Counted from the stretch's first letter, positions 19,230 through 30,710 are shown. The stretch: DNA of 64,000 bases from Candidatus Bathyarchaeota archaeon (GCA_963769425.1 CAVYLP010000006.1:273-64272); one strand, 5' to 3'. Notes: generated by a model not told the origin, from the sequence alone. Made by a program: numbers and translations.

Positions 19230-20111
19230 CTAAGCTCCTCCTATCCTTGCGAGCACCGCGTCGACTGGACTCTGATTGAGGTCTAATCCCAGCACCTCGT
19301 GTTTAAGGCCCATTGCAAGGCCCAGTAGCTGAGTATAGTAAAAGACTGGGACCTCCACATCCTTGCTTCCGACTGTAACTTGGATGGCCCGCTGTTTGTT
19401 GTCGTAGACCTTGAAACAGAATGGGCATGTTGTGACCAGGCCGTCGAAGCCTTGACGTTTGACGGCTTTGAGTTTCTCTCCGGCTATATCGAGGACGGTC
19501 TTTCCTGAGGCGATAGCAAGCGAGCTACCGCAGCAGTCATTCTTCTCAGGGTAATCAGAGGCTTCAGCCCCGAGCCACATTATTAGATCATCGAGCTTCC
19601 TTGGGTTCTCAGAGTTGTCCGGCCTACCGACTCTGCTCGGCCGTATAGCGTGACAACCCGGCTGCGCGGCGAACTTCAGTCCTTTCAAAGGGTTGGTCAA
19701 AGCGGTTGTGATCTTGTCCTTCCCTACCACATCGTGCAGTAGCTCAAAAATATGAACAAGTTTCACCTTACCCTCGTATCTGAGTCCCTCTACAGCCAGT
19801 TTCTCGTTCACCTTCGCTTTCAATTCGGGGGAGTTTTCTAGCGTGTGTTTAGTCTCAGCGAAGGAGAGGTGACAACCGTTGCAAAGCGCGAATAGGGGTA
19901 GGTCCATCTCCTCGGCTATAGCCATGTTCCGAGCCGATGAATAGAGCCAGGCTAGCTCGTTGACGCTGCTGAATGGTGGGAATCCGCAGCAACTTACCCC
20001 CGTCATATCAACAAGTTCAACGCCGAGCCTCGGCATTGTCGCCCTCACTGATGCTTCGTATCCGTACTGTTCGGTCTGGACGGTGCACCCTAGATAGAGA
20101 GCGTACTTCAT
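19230..20111 (-). CDS. hdrB: heterodisulfide reductase subunit B (paralog 2)
   Basis: 293 aa. Two CCG domains (VSCCGFP, CHAIRP, DCCGSS, TTCPFC). Confidence 0.9.
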   Translation of the reverse strand: MKYALYLGCTVQTEQYGYEASVRATMPRLGVELVDMTGVSCCGFPPFSSVNELAWLYSSARNMAIAEEMDLPLFALCNGCHLSFAETKHTLENSPELKAKVNEKLAVEGLRYEGKVKLVHIFELLHDVVGKDKITTALTNPLKGLKFAAQPGCHAIRPSRVGRPDNSENPRKLDDLIMWLGAEASDYPEKNDCCGSSLAIASGKTVLDIAGEKLKAVKRQGFDGLVTTCPFCFKVYDNKQRAIQVTVGSKDVEVPVFYYTQLLGLAMGLKHEVLGLDLNQSPVDAVLARIGGA

Positions 20112-20590
20112 GGTTCATCCTCCAGGAGAATTCCCTTGAGTGTCGTGGTGAAAGTAACCATATCCCTCGGCTTCTCCACAGGTGGAAGCCCCATTGATTT
20201 CCGGTCTTTCCTCTCCTTGTTCCGAGTTCTTACCAGCTGCGGCTGCTGGATGAGGCCAGTCTCAACGACTGCTTTAGCCGACTCATCGTAACCCTCAGGG
20301 TGAGGTAACTCCAAATTAATAGCTATTCTGCGTAGAGCCAGTAAGGCATCATAAGGGGAGATCTCCTCAGGGCATCGCTCCTTACATTTGAGGCAGCTAG
20401 TGCAGGTCCAAATAACTTGGCTCTTCATTAAGTCAGCCTCCTTACCTAGGGCGACCTTGGCGATGATCTGGCGAGGGTTGAAGCCCTCGACACGAGCCGA
20501 AACAGGACATGACGAAGGGCACTTACCGCATTGATCACAGGCCTCCGCGTTCACTTTGTCCACGATCTTGGATTTTCTCTGAGTCAACAA
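20108..20590 (-). CDS. hdrC: heterodisulfide reductase subunit C (paralog 2)
   Basis: 160 aa. Two CxxCxxCxxxCP motifs (CDQCGKCPSSCP, CTSCLKCKERCP). Confidence 0.85.
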   Translation of the reverse strand: MLTQRKSKIVDKVNAEACDQCGKCPSSCPVSARVEGFNPRQIIAKVALGKEADLMKSQVIWTCTSCLKCKERCPEEISPYDALLALRRIAINLELPHPEGYDESAKAVVETGLIQQPQLVRTRNKERKDRKSMGLPPVEKPRDMVTFTTTLKGILLEDEP

Positions 20591-20788
20591 AGACGCCTCT
20601 CTAGCTGCTTCTCAATGAGAGCCGATCCTCTACCCTTTCCAACCGGGGTATTTACCCTTTATTGATATAAATCGGTTCCCACAGTCTCTTTATGGCTTAG
20701 TATATGGTGAAATAGGGGTACCCGTGTTCCTCCTAAGTAAATATTTAATATACTGTAATTACGGGATTGTCATAGACCGGTTTCTGGG
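20591..20788. promoter_or_regulatory. AT-rich divergent intergenic region between hdrC (minus) and hdrC (plus), presumed bidirectional promoter
   Basis: 198 bp, AT-rich, with TATA-like elements (tttatataaa, aaatatttaatata) between two divergently oriented hdrCB operons. Confidence 0.35.
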
Positions 20789-21280
20789 TTGGATAGTATG
20801 GTTGAAACAAGGGATCTGCTCGCTCGTCTTCTAGACGAAAAGAAGCTAAGCTATTGCCAAGACTGCGGTAGCTGCACGGGGAGCTGCCCTATGGCTAAGG
20901 CGCTGCCCGGTGAATATAACCCAAGAAGGCTTCTCCAGAGGGTTTCTTACGGACTCCCAGAGCTTCTGAAGAGCGATGAACTTTGGCTCTGCGCGTGGTG
21001 TTATAGATGCACTGAAAGATGCCCTCAGGGTATCCAACCCACCGAGATATTCCTCCTGACGAGAAACCTAGCATCGGAGGAGGGGAGGATTCCGGAGAAC
21101 CCGAAGGCAATAATGCGGGAGATTATGAGGTCGGGGCGGTCGATATCGGTGCCTGATGGCTTCGACGAGTGGAGAGGCGAATACGGCTTACCTCCAATTG
21201 GGATGACGATCTCACCGAAGGCGATAGAGGAGCAGAGGAAGATATTCGGCGATGAGTTGCTTAGGAGACTGAATGTTTGA
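20789..21280 (+). CDS. hdrC: heterodisulfide reductase subunit C (paralog 3)
   Basis: 163 aa. CQDCGSCTGSCP and CAWCYRCTERCP. Confidence 0.85.
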   Translation: MDSMVETRDLLARLLDEKKLSYCQDCGSCTGSCPMAKALPGEYNPRRLLQRVSYGLPELLKSDELWLCAWCYRCTERCPQGIQPTEIFLLTRNLASEEGRIPENPKAIMREIMRSGRSISVPDGFDEWRGEYGLPPIGMTISPKAIEEQRKIFGDELLRRLNV

Positions 21281-22170
21281 CTGAATACCTTCTGTACTCC
21301 GGATGCGTCGCCTCTGTTAAGGAACTTGGCTACGAGATGTCGATGAGGGCTGTCTTCAAGAGGCTGGACATCAAACTACGCCAGAGGGACGACTTCAACT
21401 GCTGCATGCCCGCGTGTCTCGTCCACAGTGTGGACTACAAGAGGGGGTTGGCTCTTACCAGCAGAAACCTCGCCATCGCGGAGGAGGAGGACCTTCCCCT
21501 CATGAGCCTTTGCTCCAGCTGCTTCGGAAACCTCTCGAGGGCCAAATACCTTCTGGATCACAACGTCGATTTGAAGAAGGATGTGAATAAGCTGCTCGGG
21601 GAGGTGGGGAGAGAGTACAAGGGGAAGGTGAGGATAGAACATGTAGTTACTACCCTCTACAAGGATTACGGCCCCGATGGTGTTAAGGAACTCAGCTTAG
21701 AACCCCTCAAGGGGTTGCGAGCCGCCCCCTTCTACGGATGTCACCTCTTCCTCCCCCAACGATACTCGGGTTTCGACGACGCGGACTTCCCTGAGAAGCT
21801 CGATCGACTGATAGACGCGACCGGCGCCGAGAGTGTAGACTACCATGAGAAGACCTCGTGCTGCATCGGGTGTGGCTCCTTCTTCGGTAAGGTGTCAGAT
21901 GAGGCGGGGCTTAAGTTAGCTGAGATCATCCTCGACGACGTGAAGGCGTCGGGGGCAGATGCCATTGTGGCAACTTGTCCTTTTTGCATTATGCAGCTTG
22001 AGGTTGGGCAGTTAAAGCTCAAAGAGTCGAAGGGTAAGGAGTACGGAATACCGGTGATCCACTACGTCGACGCCCTCGGCCTCGCCATGGGGGCAAAGCC
22101 GGAGGAGCTGGGACTGGATCTAAGAAGAATTGATGTTGCCCCTCTGCTTAAGAAGTTGAGCAGGAGCTAA
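21277..22170 (+). CDS. hdrB: heterodisulfide reductase subunit B (paralog 3)
   Basis: 297 aa. CCG domains (FNCCMPA, SCCIGCG, TCPFC). TTG start overlapping the hdrC stop (TTGA). Confidence 0.85.
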   Translation: MTEYLLYSGCVASVKELGYEMSMRAVFKRLDIKLRQRDDFNCCMPACLVHSVDYKRGLALTSRNLAIAEEEDLPLMSLCSSCFGNLSRAKYLLDHNVDLKKDVNKLLGEVGREYKGKVRIEHVVTTLYKDYGPDGVKELSLEPLKGLRAAPFYGCHLFLPQRYSGFDDADFPEKLDRLIDATGAESVDYHEKTSCCIGCGSFFGKVSDEAGLKLAEIILDDVKASGADAIVATCPFCIMQLEVGQLKLKESKGKEYGIPVIHYVDALGLAMGAKPEELGLDLRRIDVAPLLKKLSRS

Positions 22171-22219
22171 GTAGTTTCTATTAGTCTTGAAAAAGCACTT
22201 TTTGATTTACACATAGGGG

Positions 22220-23560
<1,341 letters not shown>

Positions 23561-23660
23561 GGTGGAATAGTTGTCGAGTTATTATGATAACGTTTTCTCC
23601 ATGTATCCTCGATCTATATCCCTCGAGCAGAGGAGTGTTAAGCCCCTTCTAGTGTTATTT

Positions 23661-23850
23661 TGCCGCCAGAAATCACCTTCCTTCCATCATCGATCTTCTT
23701 GCTCCATTCATTGAATGACGAATGGGGAAAACTTTGAAGAATTATGTTATATCTGTTATTTTCAGACTGGAAAAGGGATTTTTTTTCTATATTAATAATG
23801 ACGGAAGGTCAACCTATCATATAGATTTAGTTGGCAGTATGGATTGTTCT
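23661..23850 (+). repeat. Copy B of the ~185-bp inverted repeat (partner 1254-1436); overlaps small ORF 23722..23958
   Basis: See copy A. Both copies encode a shared ~30-aa peptide core (IFRLE.G..FYI.NDGRSTYHI.L.GSMDC) in their respective small ORFs. Confidence 0.75.
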
Positions 23851-25150
23851 AGGCGCTTCTTGCGATTGGCCTCTGGGGCAGAACCTCCTTCGTGGCGGCG
23901 TAGGTGGCGAGGGCTAGGGCCCAGAACCTGTCGTCGTGGGTCCCTGAGAGGTGGCTGAAGGCTATCTTGCCTGTCTTTGTGAGTTGGTACTGTTCTACGT
24001 TCAGCTCGTTGAGGAGGCTTCGGTCGTAGGGCATCCTGAGCTTCCCGTCAGCTAGCCTATCCCGCATGATCTGGGCCATTTCCTGTTTTGAGTCGGTGCT
24101 GAAGTTGACGCCTATAGGGTTCGGGATGCCCACCTCCTTCATGTCGCTGAGTATGTACTTTCCATGCTTCGTGTTGTCGACGTAGACGGCGCCGATGCTC
24201 TGCCACTTCTGGCTCAGAATCTTAATGTATCCGAGGACGGTGCCTAGCTCTTCCTTGAGGGGAAAGCGGTGCATGTGGACGAGGTCTATTTCTTTGCCCT
24301 TCTTCCTCACAACGGCGAAGGCAGAGTGGTCAACGACCTCGGCGAGGTCAAGCCCGGCGTAGAACTCGCCCTTCGCGTCTTCGTCGAAGCCCACGTACGC
24401 GATGTTCACATGACAGGACTTCCGAGGAGGTCCTGTGTGAGCCAGGCGTCGACGTCCTCAGTGAATTCGGCCTCGTATTCCATCTGGTAGGTTACGGGGA
24501 GGGTCTCGCGAGTCTTCTCTACCTCCTTGACCCATTCGCCCTGTGTAGATGCCGGCTTCCGCTGGCTCCCTCCATGTGACGTGCAGTATCTGCCAGCTGG
24601 GGTCGTTGTTAATCCTGTAGAACTGGGTGTTTCTTCCCCAAGGAGTGCTTGATACGACCATCGGCTCCGCCGGTGGTCAACAGCATCGGGGGTAGGACAT
24701 GGTGGAAGATGTCCTCATCGTTGTTGAAGAAGGCGGCTTCGTCGAGGATTAGCAATGAGGTTGTGTACCCTCTTAACAAATGGCGCTATTGGGGAGGGCC
24801 ATTATCCTCGATTCGTTTCGGAACTGGGTGATGGTCCTTGTCCTCTTCTTAAGGAGGGCTCTCCGTATCCTTCTGGGCGACGCGTCGAGGAGGCCCTGAA
24901 TTATGCCGTGGAGGTAGCTGCTCTGCCTCCAGGAGGGGGCCACTATCAGGGTGTTTGTCGCGGGGTGGGCTGCCGCGAACCATATTGAGTAGGCGGCGAG
25001 GCTGCGTGACTTGCCGGATTGGCGCGGCCACCTGAGGACGACCCTCTTGCTGGTTGTGTTCAGGAACTCCTTCTGGTAGGGGGCGTGCTGGAGGCCAAGG
25101 ATTAGGGTCGCGAAGAAGACTGGGTCGGAGCCAAACTTCTCCAGCACCAC
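23849..25150 (-). pseudogene. phage terminase large subunit gene, fragmented by >=4 frameshifts (provirus remnant)
   Basis: Collinear pieces in different frames: ATPase Walker A RWPRQSGKS (24773..25150), Walker B LILDEAAFF (~24700-24745), SSTPWGRNTQFY (24458..24661), then ...EWVKEVEKTRETLPVTYQMEYEAEF. The C-terminal RNaseH-like nuclease piece (23849..24409) carries GLDLAEVVDHSAFAVV ... THDDRFWALALA. Confidence 0.65.
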
Positions 25151-25590
25151 TGTAGTCGGCAGCAGCTTCCACGGTGAGGCCCTCGCTCTCCTTTCTGACC
25201 CTTAGGGCATAATTTTCATCATCTAGGATCTGTTTTACCAGTCTCTGGTGCCCTTCTGAGTCTTAGTTTTAACCCCGTCACCCTCTTCATCTACTCTGAC
25301 CACGACAAAAGAGCCCCCGTCTAACCTTGAGCGCCTCGGGATAGCCTCGTGTCTCGTGTGCCTGTCCTCAAGCTTGTGAGTGCTTTCTCTAGGTCCTCTT
25401 CCGCCCCAAGCTCATCCTCGGAGCCCTCTCATTATATTGCTTATACTGACTGTGTGGCTGCTGAGAATGTCCAACAGCTTGATCCTATCTTTCATATCGA
25501 GATTGGGGATTGCTCAACTCCCTGCTTAACATCCTGAGCAAACCCCAACTAGTGGCGAGAAGATCGATCTTGGTGAGCTTCTTCACCTCC

Positions 25591-25740
25591 TCAGGGCTTA
25601 TCACTTCGAACGTATTCTCGAAGCTCGTTGTCATACTCGTCAATCTCCTTTGTAAGCCCGAGCCTAGTCGCCTTTGCCTGTAAAGAATCGACTGTTCTAC
25701 CCAGCTCCTTCGCGAGCTCCTTATTTGGTGGTAGTTGCAT
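25591..25740 (-). CDS. small HTH-like ORF (49 aa), possibly phage-derived
   Basis: MQLPPNKELAKELGRTVDSLQAKATRLGLTKEIDEYDNELREYVRSDKP has an HTH-like core (ELAKELGRTVDSLQAKATRLGL). Too short for the ORF track; adjacent to the terminase remnant. Confidence 0.3.
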   Translation of the reverse strand: MQLPPNKELAKELGRTVDSLQAKATRLGLTKEIDEYDNELREYVRSDKP

Positions 25741-26002
25741 AGTGCTCCTTTAGGAAGGCTTCATCCTCAGGCTCCCATGACTCCTTGCTCGACATCCAGG
25801 CCTAACCATCCTAGAAGCGTTTTCTAATGGGAAGTTTTCTATGAAACTATCTTTTACCTTTTATGGATTAATGTAGAGTTCTATAAATCTATGACGCTTT
25901 ACTCTTTTTTGATCAGACGTTCCAGCTTCTCTGAAACTCTTCTTCCGGTTTAAACTAAAAATTAACGCTTTTTATTCGTGGCTGTCGACCCTAATTTGGG
26001 CC

Positions 26003-26477
26003 ATGAAGATTCTCATCGTCTACTACTCACGTGATGGCTCGACGCGTAAGATCGCAGAGGAGTTGAAGGCGCAGCTCGGGGCGGATATCGAGGAGATTAC
26101 TGAGCCGAAGGGTAGAGGTGGCCCTCTGGGCTGGATGAGGTCCGGAAAAGAGGCTTCCAGTGGTACGATCGTGCCAATCAACCCCCCGAAGGCCGACCCG
26201 TCCACAGTACGACCTTGTCGCCATCGGGACCCCAATCTGGGCGTGGAACGTGAGTAGCCCCGTCCGTAGCTATTTCATGGCAATGAAAGGCAAGCTCCCA
26301 CGTGTCGCCTTCTTCTGCGCGATGGATTCGAAGGCAGGGGACACCTTCAAGGTCATGGAGGGTCTCGCCGGTAAGACCCCGGTATCGACGGCTGGGATAA
26401 CAGGTGGCGAGGTCAAGTCAGGGAATTACAAGGAGAACTTGAAGACCTTCGCCGATGCATTGTTAGCTGCTGCGTAG
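26003..26477 (+). pseudogene. flavodoxin-like protein gene with an internal frameshift (paralog of the intact gene 31573..32040)
   Basis: ORFs 26003..26257 and 26160..26477 are collinear with the intact 155-aa protein: MKILIVYYSRDGSTRKIAEELKAQLGADIEEITEP ... / ...YDLVAIGTPIWAWNVSSPVRSYF...FFCAM. The frame change lies at ~26200-26209. Confidence 0.7.
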
Positions 26478-26518
26478 TTCTGGAAAGTTTAATCTCCCCA
26501 CCGCGGCATGTCTCCATT

Positions 26519-27292
26519 ATGAAGCTAGATGGTAAGGTAGCTGTCGTTACCGGGGCATCCCGTGGCATTGGTAAGGCGATCGCGGAGACATTCGCCCGCG
26601 AGGGGGCGGACGTCGTCGTCAATTATGTGAAGTCCGAGAACGAGGCGAAGGAGGTCGTTAAACAAATCAAGGCGATGGGTCGGAGGGCTCTCGCCATCAA
26701 GGCCGACGTCTCGAAGAGGGCGGACGCCCAGAGGATGTTCAATAAGATCCTAGCCGAGTTCGGAAGGGTCGACATACTCGTCAATAATGCTGGCATAGGT
26801 ACAGGCGGGACGACCCTTGACACTCCCGAGGAGGACTGGGACAGGGTCATCGCCGTCAACCTCAAGGGACCATTCAACTGCACCCAGATAGCCGCGAAGA
26901 CGATGGTGGAGCAGAAGTCTGGGAAGATAATAAACATCTCAAGCATCTCCGGCCTCGGTGGCGCACCCGTCGGGGAGCTAGCCTACTGTTGCGCTAAGGC
27001 CGCCCTCATAGCTATGACCACAGTCGCTGCGCAGGACCTCGGCCCCTACGGCATCAACGTGAACAGCGTCGCCCCCGGTTGGACGCGCACCGACATGACG
27101 AGCCGCGCCACCAGGGAGAAGACGGAAGAGCTCCAGAAGCTCAAGGCGGGGATGGCTGCGATGAGGCGTATCGGTGAGCCGCAGGACATCGCAAACACCG
27201 TCTTATTCTTGGCATCAAACGAGGCGAGCTTCGTCACAGGGCAGGTTCTAGTCGCCGACGGCGGGCGAAGTGACTTCCTGAGCCACGCCTAG
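26519..27292 (+). CDS. SDR-family oxidoreductase (3-oxoacyl-ACP reductase-like)
   Basis: 257 aa. TGASRGIGKAIA NAD(P)-binding motif, NNAG, and the catalytic YxxxK (YCCAK). Confidence 0.85.
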   Translation: MKLDGKVAVVTGASRGIGKAIAETFAREGADVVVNYVKSENEAKEVVKQIKAMGRRALAIKADVSKRADAQRMFNKILAEFGRVDILVNNAGIGTGGTTLDTPEEDWDRVIAVNLKGPFNCTQIAAKTMVEQKSGKIINISSISGLGGAPVGELAYCCAKAALIAMTTVAAQDLGPYGINVNSVAPGWTRTDMTSRATREKTEELQKLKAGMAAMRRIGEPQDIANTVLFLASNEASFVTGQVLVADGGRSDFLSHA

Positions 27293-27642
27293 CCCGGTTG
27301 CTTCTTCTCAGCCTGGCGTCTCCGAAGCTCCTCTACGGAGTAGCGATCTGGGACGAAGGACACCGGTCCCTCCGCATCAAGTGGTAGGTGGGAGTTGACA
27401 ACCTCCGTATCCACCGCCTTCTGGAAGGAGTGGTAAAGGTGTAGGGCCTTTGGGTAGTGCTTTTGGATTAAGGCAACTGCCTTCCTGAAGTCGGGGAGGG
27501 ATTCGCTGTCCTCGCCGGTCCAGATGTCCATTATGATTGTGTCGTACTCCTCGCCCCGCGCGGCTAGCTGGGGGAGGACTTCGAAGAAGTCGCCGTGGAT
27601 TACCTCGAAACGGCTGTCCTTCGGCAGGTGCGGGGAGACCAT
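27289..27642 (-). CDS. methyltransferase/spermidine-synthase-like C-terminal fragment (hypothetical, possibly truncated)
   Basis: 117-aa ORF. The in-frame open region extends to ~27716 but has no N-terminal SAM-binding motif. Weak resemblance (DTIIMD...) to polyamine aminopropyltransferase C-termini. Confidence 0.3.
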   Translation of the reverse strand: MVSPHLPKDSRFEVIHGDFFEVLPQLAARGEEYDTIIMDIWTGEDSESLPDFRKAVALIQKHYPKALHLYHSFQKAVDTEVVNSHLPLDAEGPVSFVPDRYSVEELRRRQAEKKQPG

Positions 27643-27878
27643 CTTTATGACCTCCTCGTAGAGTTCGACTATCTTGACCTTGGCGATGTCCCTGCGGAGG
27701 GCGAGGTGCTGGTCGATTCAGCTGTGAGGCGGGGTAGGTCGGGTCTGGTTAGGTATCAAGGGTTCGTGCACCGACCAGACCAGCCTGAGCTTAGTGTCTT
27801 AACGGCCTGCGCGCACACGATTTGTTTGAAGATGTTAATTAATCTAAATCTGTAAGCGCAGAAGAGCCATGATACCAG

Positions 27879-29921
27879 TCAGTAGGTTATTTTATAGACG
27901 AGAACCCATCCCAGCCTCGATCTATATACAAGCTGGAAGTGGTTGAGGTCCACGATCTGATACATCATCCTCGCAATCGTGGAGTTTGTGTAAGTCTTGG
28001 TATAGCTGTAAGTGCCGGTGGACTGGTTAAACGTGTAGAACTGTGTCTGGTTGTAACCCGCAATCAGCGCCATCTGAATCCACTTAGCGTTATCACCAAA
28101 TGGGTAACTCTGCTCCTCTGAAGGGGTGGCCACCCTTCCCACTATCGGGTTGTTGGGGTTGAATGTCACGAATACAACAACGTATTGTACGTTGTACTTC
28201 TTCATGATGGGGAGTGACTCGTCGCTTGGCTTGATCATCATAGTCGCCAAAGCAATTATCTGCTGAGCGTTGAGAGTTGATCCATCAGCGATGGTCGTCC
28301 GGTTGGCCACCGTCTCGATCCAGTAGCCGTAATCCCACCATGCGCTGATCACCGATCCCTTAGTCGTGTTAGCCTTGATCCAGTTAAGGGCGTCAACCCA
28401 ATCAGACGGAGGTTTACCATTGATGATGATCGGAACCCCACTAGAGGCGAGGGGACCCGGCTGATCCCCTGTCGCATTCGCATCGAGGACAACCGGAATG
28501 AAAGAAGCGGCCACCAGGATGACGAGTATCGCTGCAATGCCCTTATTCAACCCATACTGCCTATTCTTCCGCTTATCCCGCGAATCGGTTCTTGATAGGA
28601 CTGTCTTGAAGGGTTCAAGGAGCTTCACCAACCCGAATGCGGCTATCAAGCAGGTCGGGAAGGCCAAGAAGGGGAGAAGCCTTACGAGGGTTCCAGTGAA
28701 GTATAGGACCGTCAGGAAGAATAGGCATGATAAGAGCCTAACATCGCTCAACTCTTTGACGGATAGGTAGGCGCCAAAAGCAGCCAAAATAATCATTATT
28801 CCGAAGCCCGAGAAGTATGAGTCCCAGGTTGCTAACTTGTTCTCCCCGATAGACGCGTAGAGTGAGGACTGCCCCGCAAAGGGATTCACGGCGAGCAGGA
28901 ACTTCCCCGATAACCCGTTGCCGACTCCGAACAATGGAAGAGCCACCACCGCCGCAATCACCAAAGCGACTATGACTAATCCCCATAGGCGCAGAGTATC
29001 CACCGGGATCCTCGTCTTCAGGTACTCGAACGTTAGGAGCAGTGCCAGCACTGCTGGGACGAGGAGGTTCTCGACGTTGAAGAGAAAGTTGACGCCCAGA
29101 TGCGGCACCGTTGAAGCGAGTAGTAAGCCTACCCCCATGGAGATCGCGTAGGAGGTGATTAGGCGAATGTTTGACTTTCCCAGCACCAGTGAGACAACAG
29201 TAAACAGAGTTACCAGTCCAACGATGTACCTCGCGCCTCCCCAGGAGGCATATGTGAATCCCATCACCGCCGCCGCTGAGAGCGCATACAAGATTCTTCT
29301 CCGAGGATCCCTCTTCTCATCCAGGCTTCGCAAGAACAGCAACATCACGGCCGCGATTCCGAAGATCCCCGCTGAATCAGTGTTGAAGAAACCCGCCACG
29401 GTTCTCGATATGTAGCTGGGGCTCACGGCGAGCATCGACGCCGCTACTACCCCGGTGGCTTTACCCCCGAGGTCTCTGCCTAGGAAGTAGGCTACAATGA
29501 TTGTAAGGCAGGCCATTAAGACGGGGAAATACATGGAGACGTCGAGGAGAGATATCTTTAGTCCAACTATGGAAAGGAGACTGTAGATAGACGCGGCTGT
29601 GATCGAGACACCTGGATAACTGCCCAACGCGATGTATCTACCTAGGGGGTACCAACTCAATGTGTCGTGCCAGACTGACCACGCCTGGATACCGTTCTTA
29701 ACTATGTATTCGGCCACTCTGTAGAAGAAGAAGGGGTCGTATTCGTTTAGGTAGTATCCCCAGCGTAGCAGAGTTATCCTCAATATTATGGTGAGTCCCA
29801 CGATGATGGCTAGAATAGCGACTTGGACCCTGGATTGATCAAAATGCACTGCTAACCAGTCGATTCGACCTGGTTTGGATTGTTTTTTTAGATTAGGATC
29901 ATCTCTCCGATTTCTACTCAT
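27879..29921 (-). CDS. aglB: archaeal oligosaccharyltransferase AglB (STT3 family)
   Basis: 680 aa. Multiple N-terminal TM segments, the WWDYGYWIE catalytic motif, and a C-terminal soluble domain. Confidence 0.85.
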   Translation of the reverse strand: MSRNRRDDPNLKKQSKPGRIDWLAVHFDQSRVQVAILAIIVGLTIILRITLLRWGYYLNEYDPFFFYRVAEYIVKNGIQAWSVWHDTLSWYPLGRYIALGSYPGVSITAASIYSLLSIVGLKISLLDVSMYFPVLMACLTIIVAYFLGRDLGGKATGVVAASMLAVSPSYISRTVAGFFNTDSAGIFGIAAVMLLFLRSLDEKRDPRRRILYALSAAAVMGFTYASWGGARYIVGLVTLFTVVSLVLGKSNIRLITSYAISMGVGLLLASTVPHLGVNFLFNVENLLVPAVLALLLTFEYLKTRIPVDTLRLWGLVIVALVIAAVVALPLFGVGNGLSGKFLLAVNPFAGQSSLYASIGENKLATWDSYFSGFGIMIILAAFGAYLSVKELSDVRLLSCLFFLTVLYFTGTLVRLLPFLAFPTCLIAAFGLVKLLEPFKTVLSRTDSRDKRKNRQYGLNKGIAAILVILVAASFIPVVLDANATGDQPGPLASSGVPIIINGKPPSDWVDALNWIKANTTKGSVISAWWDYGYWIETVANRTTIADGSTLNAQQIIALATMMIKPSDESLPIMKKYNVQYVVVFVTFNPNNPIVGRVATPSEEQSYPFGDNAKWIQMALIAGYNQTQFYTFNQSTGTYSYTKTYTNSTIARMMYQIVDLNHFQLVYRSRLGWVLVYKITY

Positions 29922-30038
29922 TCAGATACTACATGAAAGAAAGATGCGTTAAATAAAAAGATACGATCGCGAGCTGTGGGCACAGCGATTCACCTCACAT
30001 GCAAATGGCATTTATAAACCGTTCAACTTTTTTAGATC

Positions 30039-30710
30039 ATGGGTAAAAACACGTTTAGGGTGAGTACGAGGGTGAAGTATGGGTTCATGAGTTTCGATGT
30101 CCTTGACTACACGACTGGGGACCCGATCCACTTCGACATAGACCTTGGTAAAATCACCCTTCCCCACTATAACGACCTGACGATAAAGCCATACCAGTAC
30201 CGTGTCCTTTTCACAAACAAGGCGATCCACCAGGATAGGTCAATAGGTGGCATGAACAAGTACGCCGCGAAGGATTACGGCATAGACTGGACGTATGGCG
30301 ACGATGTGGTCCTCGTCGCACAGCAGACCACGAACCCAAAGGATGGGCTTTATGCTGACCGGCATGAGAAGCTCCTGGGAACAATTGCGCACGAGATCAT
30401 CGAGGCAGAACTGATGAAACACGGGTTACCGTACCACATCGCACACATGAATGCGATGGAGTACGAAAAAGGCATTGATAGCAACCATCCGGATTACATC
30501 AGAGTAAGGGCCAAAGGAGGGTACCACTTGGCGTATATCGAGAAGGAGCAGGGTTGCAGGGCGATAATCATAAGCGCCGATTACAAGTCCAGAAACATGT
30601 TCGCGGGTGCTGAGAAAGACGGTGCGGAGTGGCGGATAGTCACTGACTTCGTGTACGATGGGGAAGCTATTGACGGCTGGTGGCAGAGTGAGAGAAAGGC
30701 CAAGAAATAA
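30039..30710 (+). CDS. hypothetical protein (no recognisable family)
   Basis: 223-aa ORF with protein-like composition in an AT-richer accessory patch. Confidence 0.5.
   Translation: MGKNTFRVSTRVKYGFMSFDVLDYTTGDPIHFDIDLGKITLPHYNDLTIKPYQYRVLFTNKAIHQDRSIGGMNKYAAKDYGIDWTYGDDVVLVAQQTTNPKDGLYADRHEKLLGTIAHEIIEAELMKHGLPYHIAHMNAMEYEKGIDSNHPDYIRVRAKGGYHLAYIEKEQGCRAIIISADYKSRNMFAGAEKDGAEWRIVTDFVYDGEAIDGWWQSERKAKK

Noticed and set aside
27595-27855. 86-aa + strand ORF
   Set aside because: It lies antisense to the methyltransferase-like fragment and its upstream region, and has no features.
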